This document shows positions 28,366 through 39,461 of a stretch of DNA of 64,000 nt, piece by piece. The notes under the pieces were generated by a model, which saw only the letters and a program-made list of their open reading frames with translations, had not been told where the DNA came from and did no database searches. The translations under genes and the position numbers were made by a program. Source of the stretch: a virus; the IMG/VR virus record IMGVR_UViG_3300007523_000008, positions 1 to 64,000 of that record; one strand, 5' to 3'. The first letter of the stretch is position 1; each line of letters opens with the position of its first letter.

Positions 28366-31300
28366 TTATTTTCCTCTTTAATTCATCGACTTCAGCAGAA
28401 AGCTCTTTTACAGCTTCAATGAGAACAGCGACGATGCGGCTATATTGTAGACTTGTCACTTCATTTTTTTCATTCTTGGAAACTAACTGTGGAAATACCT
28501 CAATAACTTCTTCAGCGATGAGACCGATATCATTAAGTTTCGATTTATCTTTTCTATCGTACGTGACCCCACGTAGTTTTTTAATTGAAGTTAGTGAATT
28601 TTTTAAAGTACGTACATTCTCTTTTATTCTAATCGTGGAATACGTATCGTAACCACCAGCCATCACGGTAATTAGTTGGTCGAATTCTGCAAATCTAGCT
28701 CCCGCTGGTGGATTTTCATTTCCCTCGATGAAGAATCTAAGTCTTCCATCAGAATATACATCCATTGCCCACAGACCGGTGATTCCGGAAGGCATTTGCA
28801 TGAATAGCTGTCCACCCTCAGAAGAATTTGGGTCTCTGAGGAATGATGTGGCGTGGTCAAGGGTGGCTCCCTTCAAAGCTCCTGTGATACTAAGATTAGT
28901 TCCGTCCCACGTCATCTTATTTCCGCCACTGTTGCCTATGGAGAACTTGGGAGTGCCACTAACATCACCTAGCCAAAATCCTGTTCCCGTGTCGTATGCG
29001 GTCTGACCAGACCTTACATGCCCACCACTCGTGATATCAATTGCTGTTCCAGTAATGGTTCCTCCGGACATACCAGAACTATTAATTGTACCAGCATTAA
29101 TCGTGGCAGCATTCAATGCTAAGGCCACATTAATGGTCCCAGCATTAATCTTAGATGCGTCAATATTACGAATATAGGCTTGGTCCATATAGACGCCAGA
29201 GCCATCAACTGTAAACGGTGAGGTGAGTTGTCCACCCGACACATTTACTATTTGGAATTTGTCAACTTGAACGATGAAAGCTGATCCTCCACCACCACCT
29301 CCAACATTGGTCAATCTAAATCCAGCGACCCGATTTCCAGCCGTGACATTCAATACGTATTCAGCTGCCACGGAATTGTTGAGATTTGTTACAGTGGTGG
29401 AAAGAGTTGAAACCGAAGCTGACGTCGTGCCGTTAGCAGATGATACCGTCGCAATCGATGAGGCTGCTGATTGTGAATTGGTCGTGACGGTGCTGGACAA
29501 CGTTGAGACTGTTCCAGAGAGTGAGCCCACGCTGGAATTAATCGTATCCATCCTACTGGCGGCACTCGATGAATTATTAGTTACCGTTGTAGAAGTGGAT
29601 CCAATAGATGAACTAAAAGAGGAAGAGGCCGTTTGATATGAACTATTTAATGTTGTTACTCTCGCGGCCAAGGACGATGAGTTAGTTGTTATTGTTGAAG
29701 ACAATGTTCCAACCGAAGCATTTAACGATGCTGATGTTGTGAGGTATGAACTACTCAACGCCGTCGTAATAACCGCAGCTGATGCTGAGTTAGTTGTTAT
29801 TGTTGAAGACAATGTTCCAACTGAGGAATTCAGTGATGCTGATGCTGCTAAGTATGAACTACTCAGAGTTGACACCCTCAGTGCGATAGAGGATGAATTA
29901 TTCGTGATGGTTGTTGTGAGCGAACCAATAGAGGAACTGTACGATGAGGATGCGGTTCGATATGAGCTATCCAATGAGGCGACTCTCACTGCTATAGACG
30001 ATGAGTTAGTCGTAACCGTGCTGTCTAGATTATTGATGGATGAGTTGAGAGAGGACGATGCTGCTAAGTATGAACTGCTCAGCCCAGAAACTCGCAACGC
30101 AATTGACGCAGAGTTATTGGTTATGGTTGTTGTGAGCGAGCCAATGGAGGAGCTGTACGATGAGGATGCGGTTTGATACGAACTGTTAAGAGCAGACGTT
30201 ATGAGGGCGGCTGATGATGAGTTTGTGGAAACGGTCGCGTCCAGACCCACAATTGATGAGTTTGTAGAAGAAATCGAATTTGAGACAGATGAGCTCAAGC
30301 TTGTAACGCGAGCGGCCATCGACGATGAGTTGCTACTGATAGACGTGGTTAGGGTTCCAATAGAAGAACTATATGACGATGATGCGGTCTGATATGAACT
30401 ATTGAGTGTAGACGTCAGAACAGCCGCCGATGAGGAATTGGTTGAGACCGTCGATGATAACGACGATACTGAAGCGTTCGTTGTTGTAAATGAGTTGGAA
30501 ATTGATGAGCTGAGCGACGTGACTCTTAAAGCAATCGATGATGAGTTATTCGTAATTGTCGTAGAGAGAGTTCCAATTGACGAACTAAATGAGGATGATG
30601 CAGTTTGGTATGAACTGTTGAGACTGGTAGCCACAATGGCCGCTGAGGAAGAATTTGACGTAACTGTGCTGGACAAGGTATCCACTGAAGCTGATGTATT
30701 TGTAAATCGGCTGTTTAAGTTGGATGTGACCGCGGCAGCGGACTGAGAATTTGTCGTTACTGCGGTCGATAAGGTTCCAACGGTAGAACCGAATGAAGAG
30801 GATACCCCTTGTAATGAACTGCTTAGCGTAGTTACTCTTAGAGCAACCGATGCTGAATTGGTCGAAATCGTGGTAGATAGTGTACCAATTGAAGAACTAT
30901 AAGACGATGAAGCATTCTGATATGACGTGTTCAGCGAAGAAACCACAGCTGCGGCCGATGATGAATTGCTTGAAATCGAAGTTGTCAGAGAACCTACCGA
31001 CGAACTAAATGAAGAGGACGCTTCTCGATACGATGTACTCAACGTAGATGTAACCAAGGCCGCTGATTGAGAATTGTTTGTGATTGTCGTGGACAGTGTA
31101 CCAATCGAAGAACTTAGCGAAGATGACGCGGCTTGATAAGAACTATTTAAATCAGCCGTTACTAACGCTGCTGATTGCGAGTTCGTATTAACAGTTGCTG
31201 AGACAGTCTTTATCGACGAGCTTAATGAGGCAGAAGTTGCCAGAAACGAACTATTGAGGTTAGCGGTTACTAAAGCCGCCGATTGCGAATTTGTCGTGAC

Positions 31301-34300
31301 CGTGGTAGATAGTGATGAAATTGATGCGTTTGATAACGACAGCGATCCGGATAATGACGAACTCAAATTCGTTATAACCAATGCCACTGATTGAGAATTG
31401 TTTGTAACCGTTGACGACAACGCACTCACGGATGAATTAAGTGAAGACGATGCTGCCTGATACGAACTATTTAGCGTAGAAACAACTGCCGCAACCGACG
31501 AAGAGTTATTGGTGATGGTGGTGGCCAGATTTCCGATTGAAGCCGTCAGAGAGGATGATACAGTAGTCACGCGACTGCTTAGTGTATCAGACACGACCGC
31601 TGCTGATGCGGAGTTAGTTGAAATAGTTGACGTTAGATTTCCAACAGAAGAATTCAACGAAGACGATGCTGATAGATAGGAGCTACTCAAAGTACTGAGT
31701 CTGGACGCAATCGATGAAGAGTTATTAGTGGCAGTAGTTGTTATAGTTCCTATTGAAGAACTAAATGAAGATGAAGCGGTTCGGTACGAACTATCCAACG
31801 AAGCTACGACCAATGCGGCTGAAGATGAGTTTGTCGTGACCGTCGAAGAAAGATTTGTAACAGAAGCGTTGGTAGTTGTAAATGAATTTGCTACCGATGA
31901 ACTTAAACTTGTAACACGGGTTGCTATAGATGATGAGTTACTTGTGGCCGTAGTTGTAAGTGTACCAATTGATGAGCTAAATGAAGACGATGCGGTTTGG
32001 TATGAAGAATTCAAACTCGTTACAACCAAGGCGGCTGACGATGAATTGTTTGTAACAGATGTTGTTAGTGAACCAACTGATGAACTGAATGAAGACGATG
32101 CGGTTTGGTATGACGAATTTAAATTGGAGATTTGAATCGCCGCGGACTGTGAGTTCGTAGTTATTGTTGTGCTTAAATCTCCAATCGATGAGCTATATGA
32201 TGAAGATGCATTTTGGTACGAACTGTTCAACGTTGACAATCGGAGTGCTAGCGAAGAAGAATTCGTACTAACGGTTGTTGTCAGAGTACCAACTGATGAA
32301 TTTATTGAAGAAGATTGTGTTTGAAAGGCACTATCTAAAGACGAAACCTGTGCAGCTATAGACGACGAGTTTGTTGTAATCGTTGTAGAAAGAGAACCAA
32401 TCGATGAACTATACGACGCTGACGAGTTCTGATAGGAACTATTTAGGTTAGTTACAACTGCTGCTATAGAAGATGAGTTAGAAGTAACTGTAGAAGAAAC
32501 ATTAGAAATCGAAGAACTTAACGACTGTGTAGCGTTCTGGAGGGATGTATTTAAATTAGAAGCAACCGTGGCGGCTGATTGAGAGTTTGTGGTTATCGTT
32601 GAGGATAAATCTACTACAGAAGCACTGAGTGAAGATGAGGCTGCTAGATAAGAACTGTTTAAATTTGAAACAACTCCGGCCGCCGACTGTGAGTTAGTTG
32701 TTATTGTCGTGCTTAGAGTTTCAACCGACGCACTTAGTGAAGCTGATGTTGTCTGATAAGTTGAACTTAGTGTTGAAAGGTTAAGAGCCACCGAGGCTGA
32801 GTTGGTTGTGATTGTGGTGGATAGATTACCGATTGACGAACTGTATGAGGCTGACGCGACTTGGTACGAGCTGTCGAGGGTGGAGACCACCGCTGATATA
32901 GACGCGGAATTGTTAGTCGCGGTCGTACTCAAAGTTTTTATCGAAGAGCTCAATGACGCAGATGTATTTAGATATGAACTGTTTAACGCTGTCGAAACTG
33001 AGGCTGCGGATGCCGAGTTTGTAGACACCGTGACAGATAGATTCTGTATAGAAGAACTCAGTGAGGCTGAAGCCTGGCGGTATGAGCTGTCCAATGTTGT
33101 TACAACTAACGCGATGGATGCGGAATTATTATTCTGCGTTGTAGATAATGATCCGATTGACGAGCTGTATGAAGCTGATGAGTTGACATACGACGAGCTC
33201 AGTCCAGCAAACTTTAGGGCAATGGATGAAGAAAATGTAGTTGTAGTCTGCGATACATCCGTGACTGACGCCGCCAGAGACGATGAATTGGTTGTGACTC
33301 TTGACGATAGAGATGTTAGGTCTGTTGCTGACGACGCTGAGTTGTCTGATACGACACCCGTCAAATCAAAAATTAGGGTTTCGATAGACCCAGAAAATCC
33401 ACTGTATGATGCTGAATACACAGCTATAGAAGCGGCGAGTGAGGCTGATTGCGCGGTGAAAACGACCTGTTGGTCTTGTATCGTGGAAATGACGGAGGAA
33501 GAGACTTGTATGGTTGTAGCTTCTAACGACGTCATCGTTGAGGCTAACGATTGAGAGTTGCTCGTCAACAGAGCGTTTGTTGTGACAATCGATGCTGAGT
33601 TTTCATTGTAGCTGGAGCTTAAAATTGAAATACTCTGCGTGGCTGCTGTCATCGCCTGTGCGAACGATGACGAATTGTTATCAATCGACACGTTTGATAG
33701 GTTTATCGACGTATCGAGAGACGCCAGAGAAGCTGAGGTGTCGCTTATTGTGAATGACAAAGATGAAGAAACCAACGTTAAGTGAGAATCTATCACAGCC
33801 GAAGATGCACTCAGCGACGATGATACAACTGATAATGTAGTTAGTATCGACGACGATACCGTATTAAGAGAAGAAGTTACATCCCCTATGGAAGAATTTA
33901 AAGAAGTTGTTGTCGATTCTAGTGACTGAGAAACAGTCGTCAGAGTTGTATTGAGAACATCCGTCGTCGCGCTCATGGACTGTGACACAGCAGATAAATC
34001 TAGAACTGCCGACGCAGAAACTATCGACAGAGATGAGCTGACAGTACTGAGTGTTGAGCTCAGCGACGATGATACTCCAGATAATTCGGAGTTGAGAGAA
34101 CTTGATACAATTCCCAACGATGTATCTACGACAGCTATCGATGCGCTCAACGACGAAGATGCTGCGTCAATGGCTGAGTTTAGAGATTGTGTTGCTAAAT
34201 TTAGAGCGTCGTCAACCTGTCCGAAAGTAGTACTAACAGATGACGATACTAATCCTAATGCAGTGTTCAGAGAAGATGAGGCCTCTCTAAGCCCGGTATC

Positions 34301-34618
34301 TACAAATGAAATGGATTCAGATAGTGTCGTATTTTCTAACACAAAACTGGATGATAATAGGCTGAACCCACCTGATATTTCCGCGTTGGAAGAGGATAAA
34401 GATTCAACCGATGCCGTTAACACATCGTAGGAAGCACTTAACCCGAGTAATACTCCCGAATTGATAGTGTATGGTAGAGAAGACCAATTTGTATAGCCGT
34501 CACCAAATTTAACATTTAAAGTGTCTGTTTCAAAACCCTGTTCACCAATCCCCAGTATCGGATTAGCTATCACCCACTCCGCTGCTGTACCTCTTCGTAC
34601 TAGAATTTTAACTGCCAT
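28358..34618 (-). CDS. Giant tail fibre (Mtd_N-like head, Ser-rich 36-aa repeat stalk, DUF1983-like domain, S74 intramolecular chaperone)
   Basis: VRRGTAAEWVIANPILGIGEQGFETDT; repeats such as SSSIGSLSTTxxxNSxS...LxSSY; AGFRL...AFIVQVDKFQI...PFTVDG; STIRIKENV...IGLIAEEV...YSRIVAVLIEAVKEL. Confidence 0.85.
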   Translation of the reverse strand: MAVKILVRRGTAAEWVIANPILGIGEQGFETDTLNVKFGDGYTNWSSLPYTINSGVLLGLSASYDVLTASVESLSSSNAEISGGFSLLSSSFVLENTTLSESISFVDTGLREASSSLNTALGLVSSSVSTTFGQVDDALNLATQSLNSAIDAASSSLSASIAVVDTSLGIVSSSLNSELSGVSSSLSSTLSTVSSSLSIVSASAVLDLSAVSQSMSATTDVLNTTLTTVSQSLESTTTSLNSSIGDVTSSLNTVSSSILTTLSVVSSSLSASSAVIDSHLTLVSSSLSFTISDTSASLASLDTSINLSNVSIDNNSSSFAQAMTAATQSISILSSSYNENSASIVTTNALLTSNSQSLASTMTSLEATTIQVSSSVISTIQDQQVVFTAQSASLAASIAVYSASYSGFSGSIETLIFDLTGVVSDNSASSATDLTSLSSRVTTNSSSLAASVTDVSQTTTTFSSSIALKFAGLSSSYVNSSASYSSSIGSLSTTQNNNSASIALVVTTLDSSYRQASASLSSSIQNLSVTVSTNSASAASVSTALNSSYLNTSASLSSSIKTLSTTATNNSASISAVVSTLDSSYQVASASYSSSIGNLSTTITTNSASVALNLSTLSSTYQTTSASLSASVETLSTTITTNSQSAAGVVSNLNSSYLAASSSLSASVVDLSSTITTNSQSAATVASNLNTSLQNATQSLSSSISNVSSTVTSNSSSIAAVVTNLNSSYQNSSASYSSSIGSLSTTITTNSSSIAAQVSSLDSAFQTQSSSINSSVGTLTTTVSTNSSSLALRLSTLNSSYQNASSSYSSSIGDLSTTITTNSQSAAIQISNLNSSYQTASSSFSSSVGSLTTSVTNNSSSAALVVTSLNSSYQTASSSFSSSIGTLTTTATSNSSSIATRVTSLSSSVANSFTTTNASVTNLSSTVTTNSSSAALVVASLDSSYRTASSSFSSSIGTITTTATNNSSSIASRLSTLSSSYLSASSSLNSSVGNLTSTISTNSASAAVVSDTLSSRVTTVSSSLTASIGNLATTITNNSSSVAAVVSTLNSSYQAASSSLNSSVSALSSTVTNNSQSVALVITNLSSSLSGSLSLSNASISSLSTTVTTNSQSAALVTANLNSSFLATSASLSSSIKTVSATVNTNSQSAALVTADLNSSYQAASSSLSSSIGTLSTTITNNSQSAALVTSTLSTSYREASSSFSSSVGSLTTSISSNSSSAAAVVSSLNTSYQNASSSYSSSIGTLSTTISTNSASVALRVTTLSSSLQGVSSSFGSTVGTLSTAVTTNSQSAAAVTSNLNSRFTNTSASVDTLSSTVTSNSSSAAIVATSLNSSYQTASSSFSSSIGTLSTTITNNSSSIALRVTSLSSSISNSFTTTNASVSSLSSTVSTNSSSAAVLTSTLNSSYQTASSSYSSSIGTLTTSISSNSSSMAARVTSLSSSVSNSISSTNSSIVGLDATVSTNSSSAALITSALNSSYQTASSSYSSSIGSLTTTITNNSASIALRVSGLSSSYLAASSSLNSSINNLDSTVTTNSSSIAVRVASLDSSYRTASSSYSSSIGSLTTTITNNSSSIALRVSTLSSSYLAASASLNSSVGTLSSTITTNSASAAVITTALSSSYLTTSASLNASVGTLSSTITTNSSSLAARVTTLNSSYQTASSSFSSSIGSTSTTVTNNSSSAASRMDTINSSVGSLSGTVSTLSSTVTTNSQSAASSIATVSSANGTTSASVSTLSTTVTNLNNSVAAEYVLNVTAGNRVAGFRLTNVGGGGGGSAFIVQVDKFQIVNVSGGQLTSPFTVDGSGVYMDQAYIRNIDASKINAGTINVALALNAATINAGTINSSGMSGGTITGTAIDITSGGHVRSGQTAYDTGTGFWLGDVSGTPKFSIGNSGGNKMTWDGTNLSITGALKGATLDHATSFLRDPNSSEGGQLFMQMPSGITGLWAMDVYSDGRLRFFIEGNENPPAGARFAEFDQLITVMAGGYDTYSTIRIKENVRTLKNSLTSIKKLRGVTYDRKDKSKLNDIGLIAEEVIEVFPQLVSKNEKNEVTSLQYSRIVAVLIEAVKELSAEVDELKRKING

Positions 34619-36225
34619 TATGGACCGCCTCCATCGTAAATTAAATCAGCTATTAATGCTGAACCTACTAATTGTTCAGTGTATCCTTCCGGATCGACAT
34701 GAAGCTGTGCCTTTAATGGGTTCATACAGATTTGTCCTGACACGTCCAGTATTTCTACAGTCAGCTTAACTTTTTCATTTTTAATGATCGGAGTGTATGG
34801 AAATTCTATCGAAAATGAATCTAAGGCATAAATGGTATCTGAATACGGTTTCAAAGAAACGTTGGCAACGGCTATTGTGTTTATGTACTTTGGCGTGATT
34901 ATGATTGTTCCAAACATTGTTTTTGGTGTAAAGAATTTTGACTTGTATGTTCCACTATAAGTAGTCGCGGTGTTTTTATCCAATGAGCCGAGTAAAAACT
35001 TTTGGGTTGTTCCATTAGGCGATGTTGTTATGAAGAATGCTTCCAACTTATAGTTGGTCGATGAATACTGTATATTTGCCCAATTTACTGAGAATTCATA
35101 CATTGTATTCTTGAGCATTTTTATTGAATTACTGTTAAGAGCCGATCCATTATTAACGACTTCTATTGAGCCGGAGTATTCTAACAGTTTAGCATTCTCA
35201 ACCGAGCAGCTGTAGTATGTGTCCGGTTCTCTATCAAAGTTTTCAAATAATGCTGGTGATGTGTACCAGGCAGAACCGCTTTGATAGGTTGGAGCCACAT
35301 ATTGATAATCACGGCTTACTTCTCCCGTATTTTCTTTGAAAATGATATACAACGCCTCTGTTTCATTTGAATTTCCCGAAGAGTCCAGTGTGATGGAATC
35401 CATCATTATATCGGGTGTATGGGTGTATGTTAGACCAGGTGATGCGAACCAATACGACTGGACATGTGACAGAGAATAAAACTGTCCACCGTTCTGATAA
35501 TCGATATTCGTATTTTTAGTCAGAAGAAGTTCGTTAGCTTCTACCTTTCCGAGCGCTACACAAGTTGCAGTCTCCGGTGTATTTAGACTCTTCTTGAGCA
35601 CGCGGTACGAGTTTGGTACAGCTGAAAATTGTAAATTCTCAAGCGTAGCTGTAATAATTGAACACACCTTAGCGGAGGATGATAGTTCAGAAGTACCAAT
35701 TCTAGGAATATGAACCATATCAAAATTTCCCTGCTTGATGTTGGTTACATAGTATGAGGTGTCAGTTTCAAAATACGGAGACGATTCTTCGTAAATGTCT
35801 GAATCAAGTGTGACGTCTGATACATAGACTGGAGTTTCTAATTTTAAGACATTTGAAGAAATGACCGACTTCACCTTTGCTGAAAAGTCTCTGGCAATTA
35901 AACCACTGTGGACAGATTGTTTTCCTGACAAACCTGTGTAAAAGAGTGGTTCTATCTCCAGATTAAATAGTCTTATAGATGATCCGACCATCGATGAAGA
36001 AAATTCCGCACCAGACGAACGAACCAACGTATAGTCTATACTTGCAGGAAAATCCGTTATCTTTTCACCATGGTCGGGTGAAGTTGCAACGGTAAAGAAA
36101 CTTCCCGATACCAGTTGTGTGCTACACTTCGGACGGTGTGCGGTAGGGTGCGCTTTTGACTCCACCACAATTGATGGGGAATCAAAAAGACTACGAAGGG
36201 ACTTATTTTCAACTAAATTTGCCAT
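34618..36225 (-). CDS. Probable tail or baseplate structural protein
   Basis: 535 aa, beta-rich, with several SGS/SSS motifs; coupled to the fibre gene. Confidence 0.6.
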   Translation of the reverse strand: MANLVENKSLRSLFDSPSIVVESKAHPTAHRPKCSTQLVSGSFFTVATSPDHGEKITDFPASIDYTLVRSSGAEFSSSMVGSSIRLFNLEIEPLFYTGLSGKQSVHSGLIARDFSAKVKSVISSNVLKLETPVYVSDVTLDSDIYEESSPYFETDTSYYVTNIKQGNFDMVHIPRIGTSELSSSAKVCSIITATLENLQFSAVPNSYRVLKKSLNTPETATCVALGKVEANELLLTKNTNIDYQNGGQFYSLSHVQSYWFASPGLTYTHTPDIMMDSITLDSSGNSNETEALYIIFKENTGEVSRDYQYVAPTYQSGSAWYTSPALFENFDREPDTYYSCSVENAKLLEYSGSIEVVNNGSALNSNSIKMLKNTMYEFSVNWANIQYSSTNYKLEAFFITTSPNGTTQKFLLGSLDKNTATTYSGTYKSKFFTPKTMFGTIIITPKYINTIAVANVSLKPYSDTIYALDSFSIEFPYTPIIKNEKVKLTVEILDVSGQICMNPLKAQLHVDPEGYTEQLVGSALIADLIYDGGGP

Positions 36226-36254
36226 AGTATATACTACTATGGTATAAATATAGT

Positions 36255-39200
36255 CTACTTCGTGTTATCTACCTTAGAGAAGCCGTTCTCTTTAGTTATC
36301 TCTAACTGTTTATCAACCATATCACGCATAGCGTCCAAATGGCTGATGACAATGATGAAATCAAAATTCTTCTTCATGAAATCAAAGAGTGCGTGAACCA
36401 TTGGAAAATTTGATGCGTCAAGGGCAGAAAATCCTTCGTCCACCACCATGAAATTAGGTCGTGGAAGATTACTGATGTTGATAAGGGCTACACGTAGAGC
36501 CAAAGCGGCCATGAATTTTTCCATGCCGGAACATAGTTCGAGTGGCCATTTTTTATCTTCGTAGTTGATATATACGTTAACATTTCTACCGTCAGTCTCA
36601 ATAGACATGCCGAATTCTACAATCTGTGTTAATATATTGTTAACTTCTGCCTCAATCTGTGGAATCACATCGGAAATAATTTGGTATGGAATTCCATTAC
36701 TACCAATCGACTGAGAATAATATTCGAAGGCTACAAACTCATTCTCTAAGAGTTCGATTTCTTCAATACGTGTCTTTATTGTCTGAATCTGGTCGGTTAT
36801 TGACGTTTTGCGAGCAAAGTCCTTTAGATACTGATCTTCAAGATTCTTCAATTTGACGCTATTATTGCTGAGGGTCTGTTTGTATTGTTTGACAACAAGT
36901 AGGTGTTTTTTATTATCTTCAACCACCTCTTTGGACTTTTCATACAACTCTATTCCTTCGACAAGCGTTCTATGTTTTACCGTAAATGAGTTTAGGTCGT
37001 TTGTAAGTGAACTAATCTTTAGTTCTTTTCTGGAAATGGTATTGGTGGAGACTGGTAACTTTTTCGATAGTTCGTCACGCTTGTGTTTCATTTCCAAGAA
37101 TCTATCATAATTTTTTAAAGCATTCTTAGAAGTTTCAATGTCGCCCTTCAACAACGTTGCAGTTTCTTTATCAGCAGTCAAACTGCCCCGAGTTGCTTTA
37201 GCATCCTTCACGAAAACATTATCCATGCAAAATCGACAGTTTGGGTCGTACTGATGCTCGTCAAGGTGCTCGAGCTTCTTGATTTTTTCTCTGACAAACG
37301 TTTTTAGAGCATCAAGTTCCCGCTCCTTTTGTTGGACATTGTTAGATAGTGAAACAAATTCGGAATACTTTTCATCTAACTTATGTATATTTAAACTTTC
37401 TAGAGCTTCTTTATCTTGCTGGTGAAGAACCTTTAAATCGATTACCTCAGTTTTAAGAGCCTCAATTTCTTCACTGGTTGCGGAAATCTTATTTTCAAGT
37501 TGTAATTTCTCCTCAATGTAATCATCTACATTGGTCGGAACATTGTCCAACGATATAATTTTTGCCGTCTCATCGGATATATCAACAAGGTCGCGAGATA
37601 TCTCAGACTTGAGATTATCGATGTTCGTCTTTTCCTCCGATATTTTGGCGCTCAGTGATTCATTCTCAAGAGCCATATCGGCAGAACGCTTTGTATTGTC
37701 TTCCTTGTTGTATGCTCTGACGGCGGCTCCGACTTCCTTTACCCGGTCTGACGCTATTAGAGCGAGCTTGTCGAAAATATTAAGTCCGATGAACTGAGAT
37801 AGCAACTCCTTTCTTTCAGACTGGCCGAGGTCGATGAATGAACCACCGTTTCCCTGTAGAGCCAACGTAGTTAAAATAAAATCGTCGTATGTTCCAAGAT
37901 AATCTCGAATGAGTTCGTTTGTACTACGACGAGCCTCAGCATTGAGAGGAATCTGTTCATCGTTTTCAATTTTATAAAAGTTTACCTTAACTGCGACATT
38001 ACCCTTCTTATCGCGAGACCCACTCCGTTCGATGAAATAATCAATTCCGTTAATTTCAAAGTTAAATTTACACTCAAAGGACATTTTTTCAGAGTTCATC
38101 ACTAGAGATGCTTTATATGCTCTAGCCGATTTGTCATAGATACAGAAGCTAAGAGCATCCATCAGCGACGATTTACCGCTCGCATTGGCGGCAAACAGTC
38201 CATATACATCTGTTAATTTTGTGAAGTCGATTACATTGTTCTCACCATAACTAAACATGTTTGAGAATTCAAACTTCTTCGGCTTCCAACGAATGTTTTT
38301 ACTTTGGTCATCTTTATTTAAGCCCTCATTCAAAGTTTTATTAATATCGACAACTGCATCAATTGTGGCCTGGTCAATTGTGGTATATTTGTCTTTTAAG
38401 AATTTTATAATCAATTCGTTTTGATAATCAACGTTGGTTATTTTTGTGAGGTTCGCCGAATTTTTATTGTTAAACTGTTTCTTAACATCATCAGAATCAA
38501 CCCGAATAAAAACCAAGTCGGTAATATCATACGACTTACGTATTTCGGTCACAACACGCTTAACCTCAGTCGGAACCGTTTTATCACAACGGATACGTAG
38601 CTTTGGCTTTGCGGGCATGTCCTTGATATCGGTGATGAGTTTTCCATCTCGGATGTCAATCGTATAATACCCGTAGTCATTTGGAACTTCGATGTGAATG
38701 TATTTTCTGGCATCTATATTCCACACCGTATAACCGTGTCCTTGTAAGAATTCGCCATGATTCTGCTGAAGCATGCTACCAGCGTAGTGAATAATCGGTT
38801 TCTCTTCTGCCGGATTGTATTCCTGTATATCTTGAATCAGATGAATATCACCAAGCATTGCAATATCGTGGCCATCGAATATAGATGGGACAATTGTTCG
38901 ATTACTAATCTGATAACCAATGTCGGTCATTGCTTCGTGAACTGGACCGTGAAATAGTGCAACCTTACAATCGAATTGGTTAGAAATACTTTTTACCACA
39001 GTTTTGATATTCAAATACTTTGTAGGGTCATCAAATACGCTCATGTTATTGAACAAAATATTCCCCGCTCCATACAACTTAGACTCTTTTAAATAAAATA
39101 ATTTACTATGATTTAAGTTATTTACGATTGGAGATAGACTGTCCATTCGAGAAGAGTTCGTGAGTAGACAGTCGTGGTTTCCAGCAATAACAATTGTTGG

Positions 39201-39461
39201 ACGGATATCCGCACAATTCTTTAAAAACTCACTGGCTAATTGAATTGCTTCTGGAGATAAATCTACCTTCGAGTGAAAAACGTCGCCCAAGTTTAAGATA
39301 AGAGTGTTCGTCGGTGTTTTTCTAAGACCGTCGTAAACCTTTTCAAATGCCTCACGATATTCATTATGTCGTTTGGTAAGCCGAATATGAACGTCGGCGA
39401 GATGGACTACACACTTAACTTTATCAAATCCTATATCTAATTTTTCGTAGGTATCTATCAT
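36255..39461 (-). CDS. Fused Mre11/SbcD (gp47-like) nuclease and Rad50/SbcC (gp46-like) ATPase
   Basis: HLADVH, GDVFH, AGNHD, LFHG and LGDIH, then NMFSYG, ANASGKSS, hook CRFC, CSGME, VVDEGF and ISH. Start ATG 39461 overlaps the upstream TGA (ATGA). Confidence 0.92.
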   Translation of the reverse strand: MIDTYEKLDIGFDKVKCVVHLADVHIRLTKRHNEYREAFEKVYDGLRKTPTNTLILNLGDVFHSKVDLSPEAIQLASEFLKNCADIRPTIVIAGNHDCLLTNSSRMDSLSPIVNNLNHSKLFYLKESKLYGAGNILFNNMSVFDDPTKYLNIKTVVKSISNQFDCKVALFHGPVHEAMTDIGYQISNRTIVPSIFDGHDIAMLGDIHLIQDIQEYNPAEEKPIIHYAGSMLQQNHGEFLQGHGYTVWNIDARKYIHIEVPNDYGYYTIDIRDGKLITDIKDMPAKPKLRIRCDKTVPTEVKRVVTEIRKSYDITDLVFIRVDSDDVKKQFNNKNSANLTKITNVDYQNELIIKFLKDKYTTIDQATIDAVVDINKTLNEGLNKDDQSKNIRWKPKKFEFSNMFSYGENNVIDFTKLTDVYGLFAANASGKSSLMDALSFCIYDKSARAYKASLVMNSEKMSFECKFNFEINGIDYFIERSGSRDKKGNVAVKVNFYKIENDEQIPLNAEARRSTNELIRDYLGTYDDFILTTLALQGNGGSFIDLGQSERKELLSQFIGLNIFDKLALIASDRVKEVGAAVRAYNKEDNTKRSADMALENESLSAKISEEKTNIDNLKSEISRDLVDISDETAKIISLDNVPTNVDDYIEEKLQLENKISATSEEIEALKTEVIDLKVLHQQDKEALESLNIHKLDEKYSEFVSLSNNVQQKERELDALKTFVREKIKKLEHLDEHQYDPNCRFCMDNVFVKDAKATRGSLTADKETATLLKGDIETSKNALKNYDRFLEMKHKRDELSKKLPVSTNTISRKELKISSLTNDLNSFTVKHRTLVEGIELYEKSKEVVEDNKKHLLVVKQYKQTLSNNSVKLKNLEDQYLKDFARKTSITDQIQTIKTRIEEIELLENEFVAFEYYSQSIGSNGIPYQIISDVIPQIEAEVNNILTQIVEFGMSIETDGRNVNVYINYEDKKWPLELCSGMEKFMAALALRVALINISNLPRPNFMVVDEGFSALDASNFPMVHALFDFMKKNFDFIIVISHLDAMRDMVDKQLEITKENGFSKVDNTK

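Noticed and set aside
29274-34430. Acidic + strand ORFs (DEL/EEL-rich)
   Set aside because: They are antisense read-outs of the Ser-rich repeats.
28358-34618. Diversity-generating retroelement suggested by the Mtd_N-like domain
   Set aside because: No reverse transcriptase, no TR/VR pair and no C-type-lectin tip are seen; the C-terminus is an S74 chaperone.
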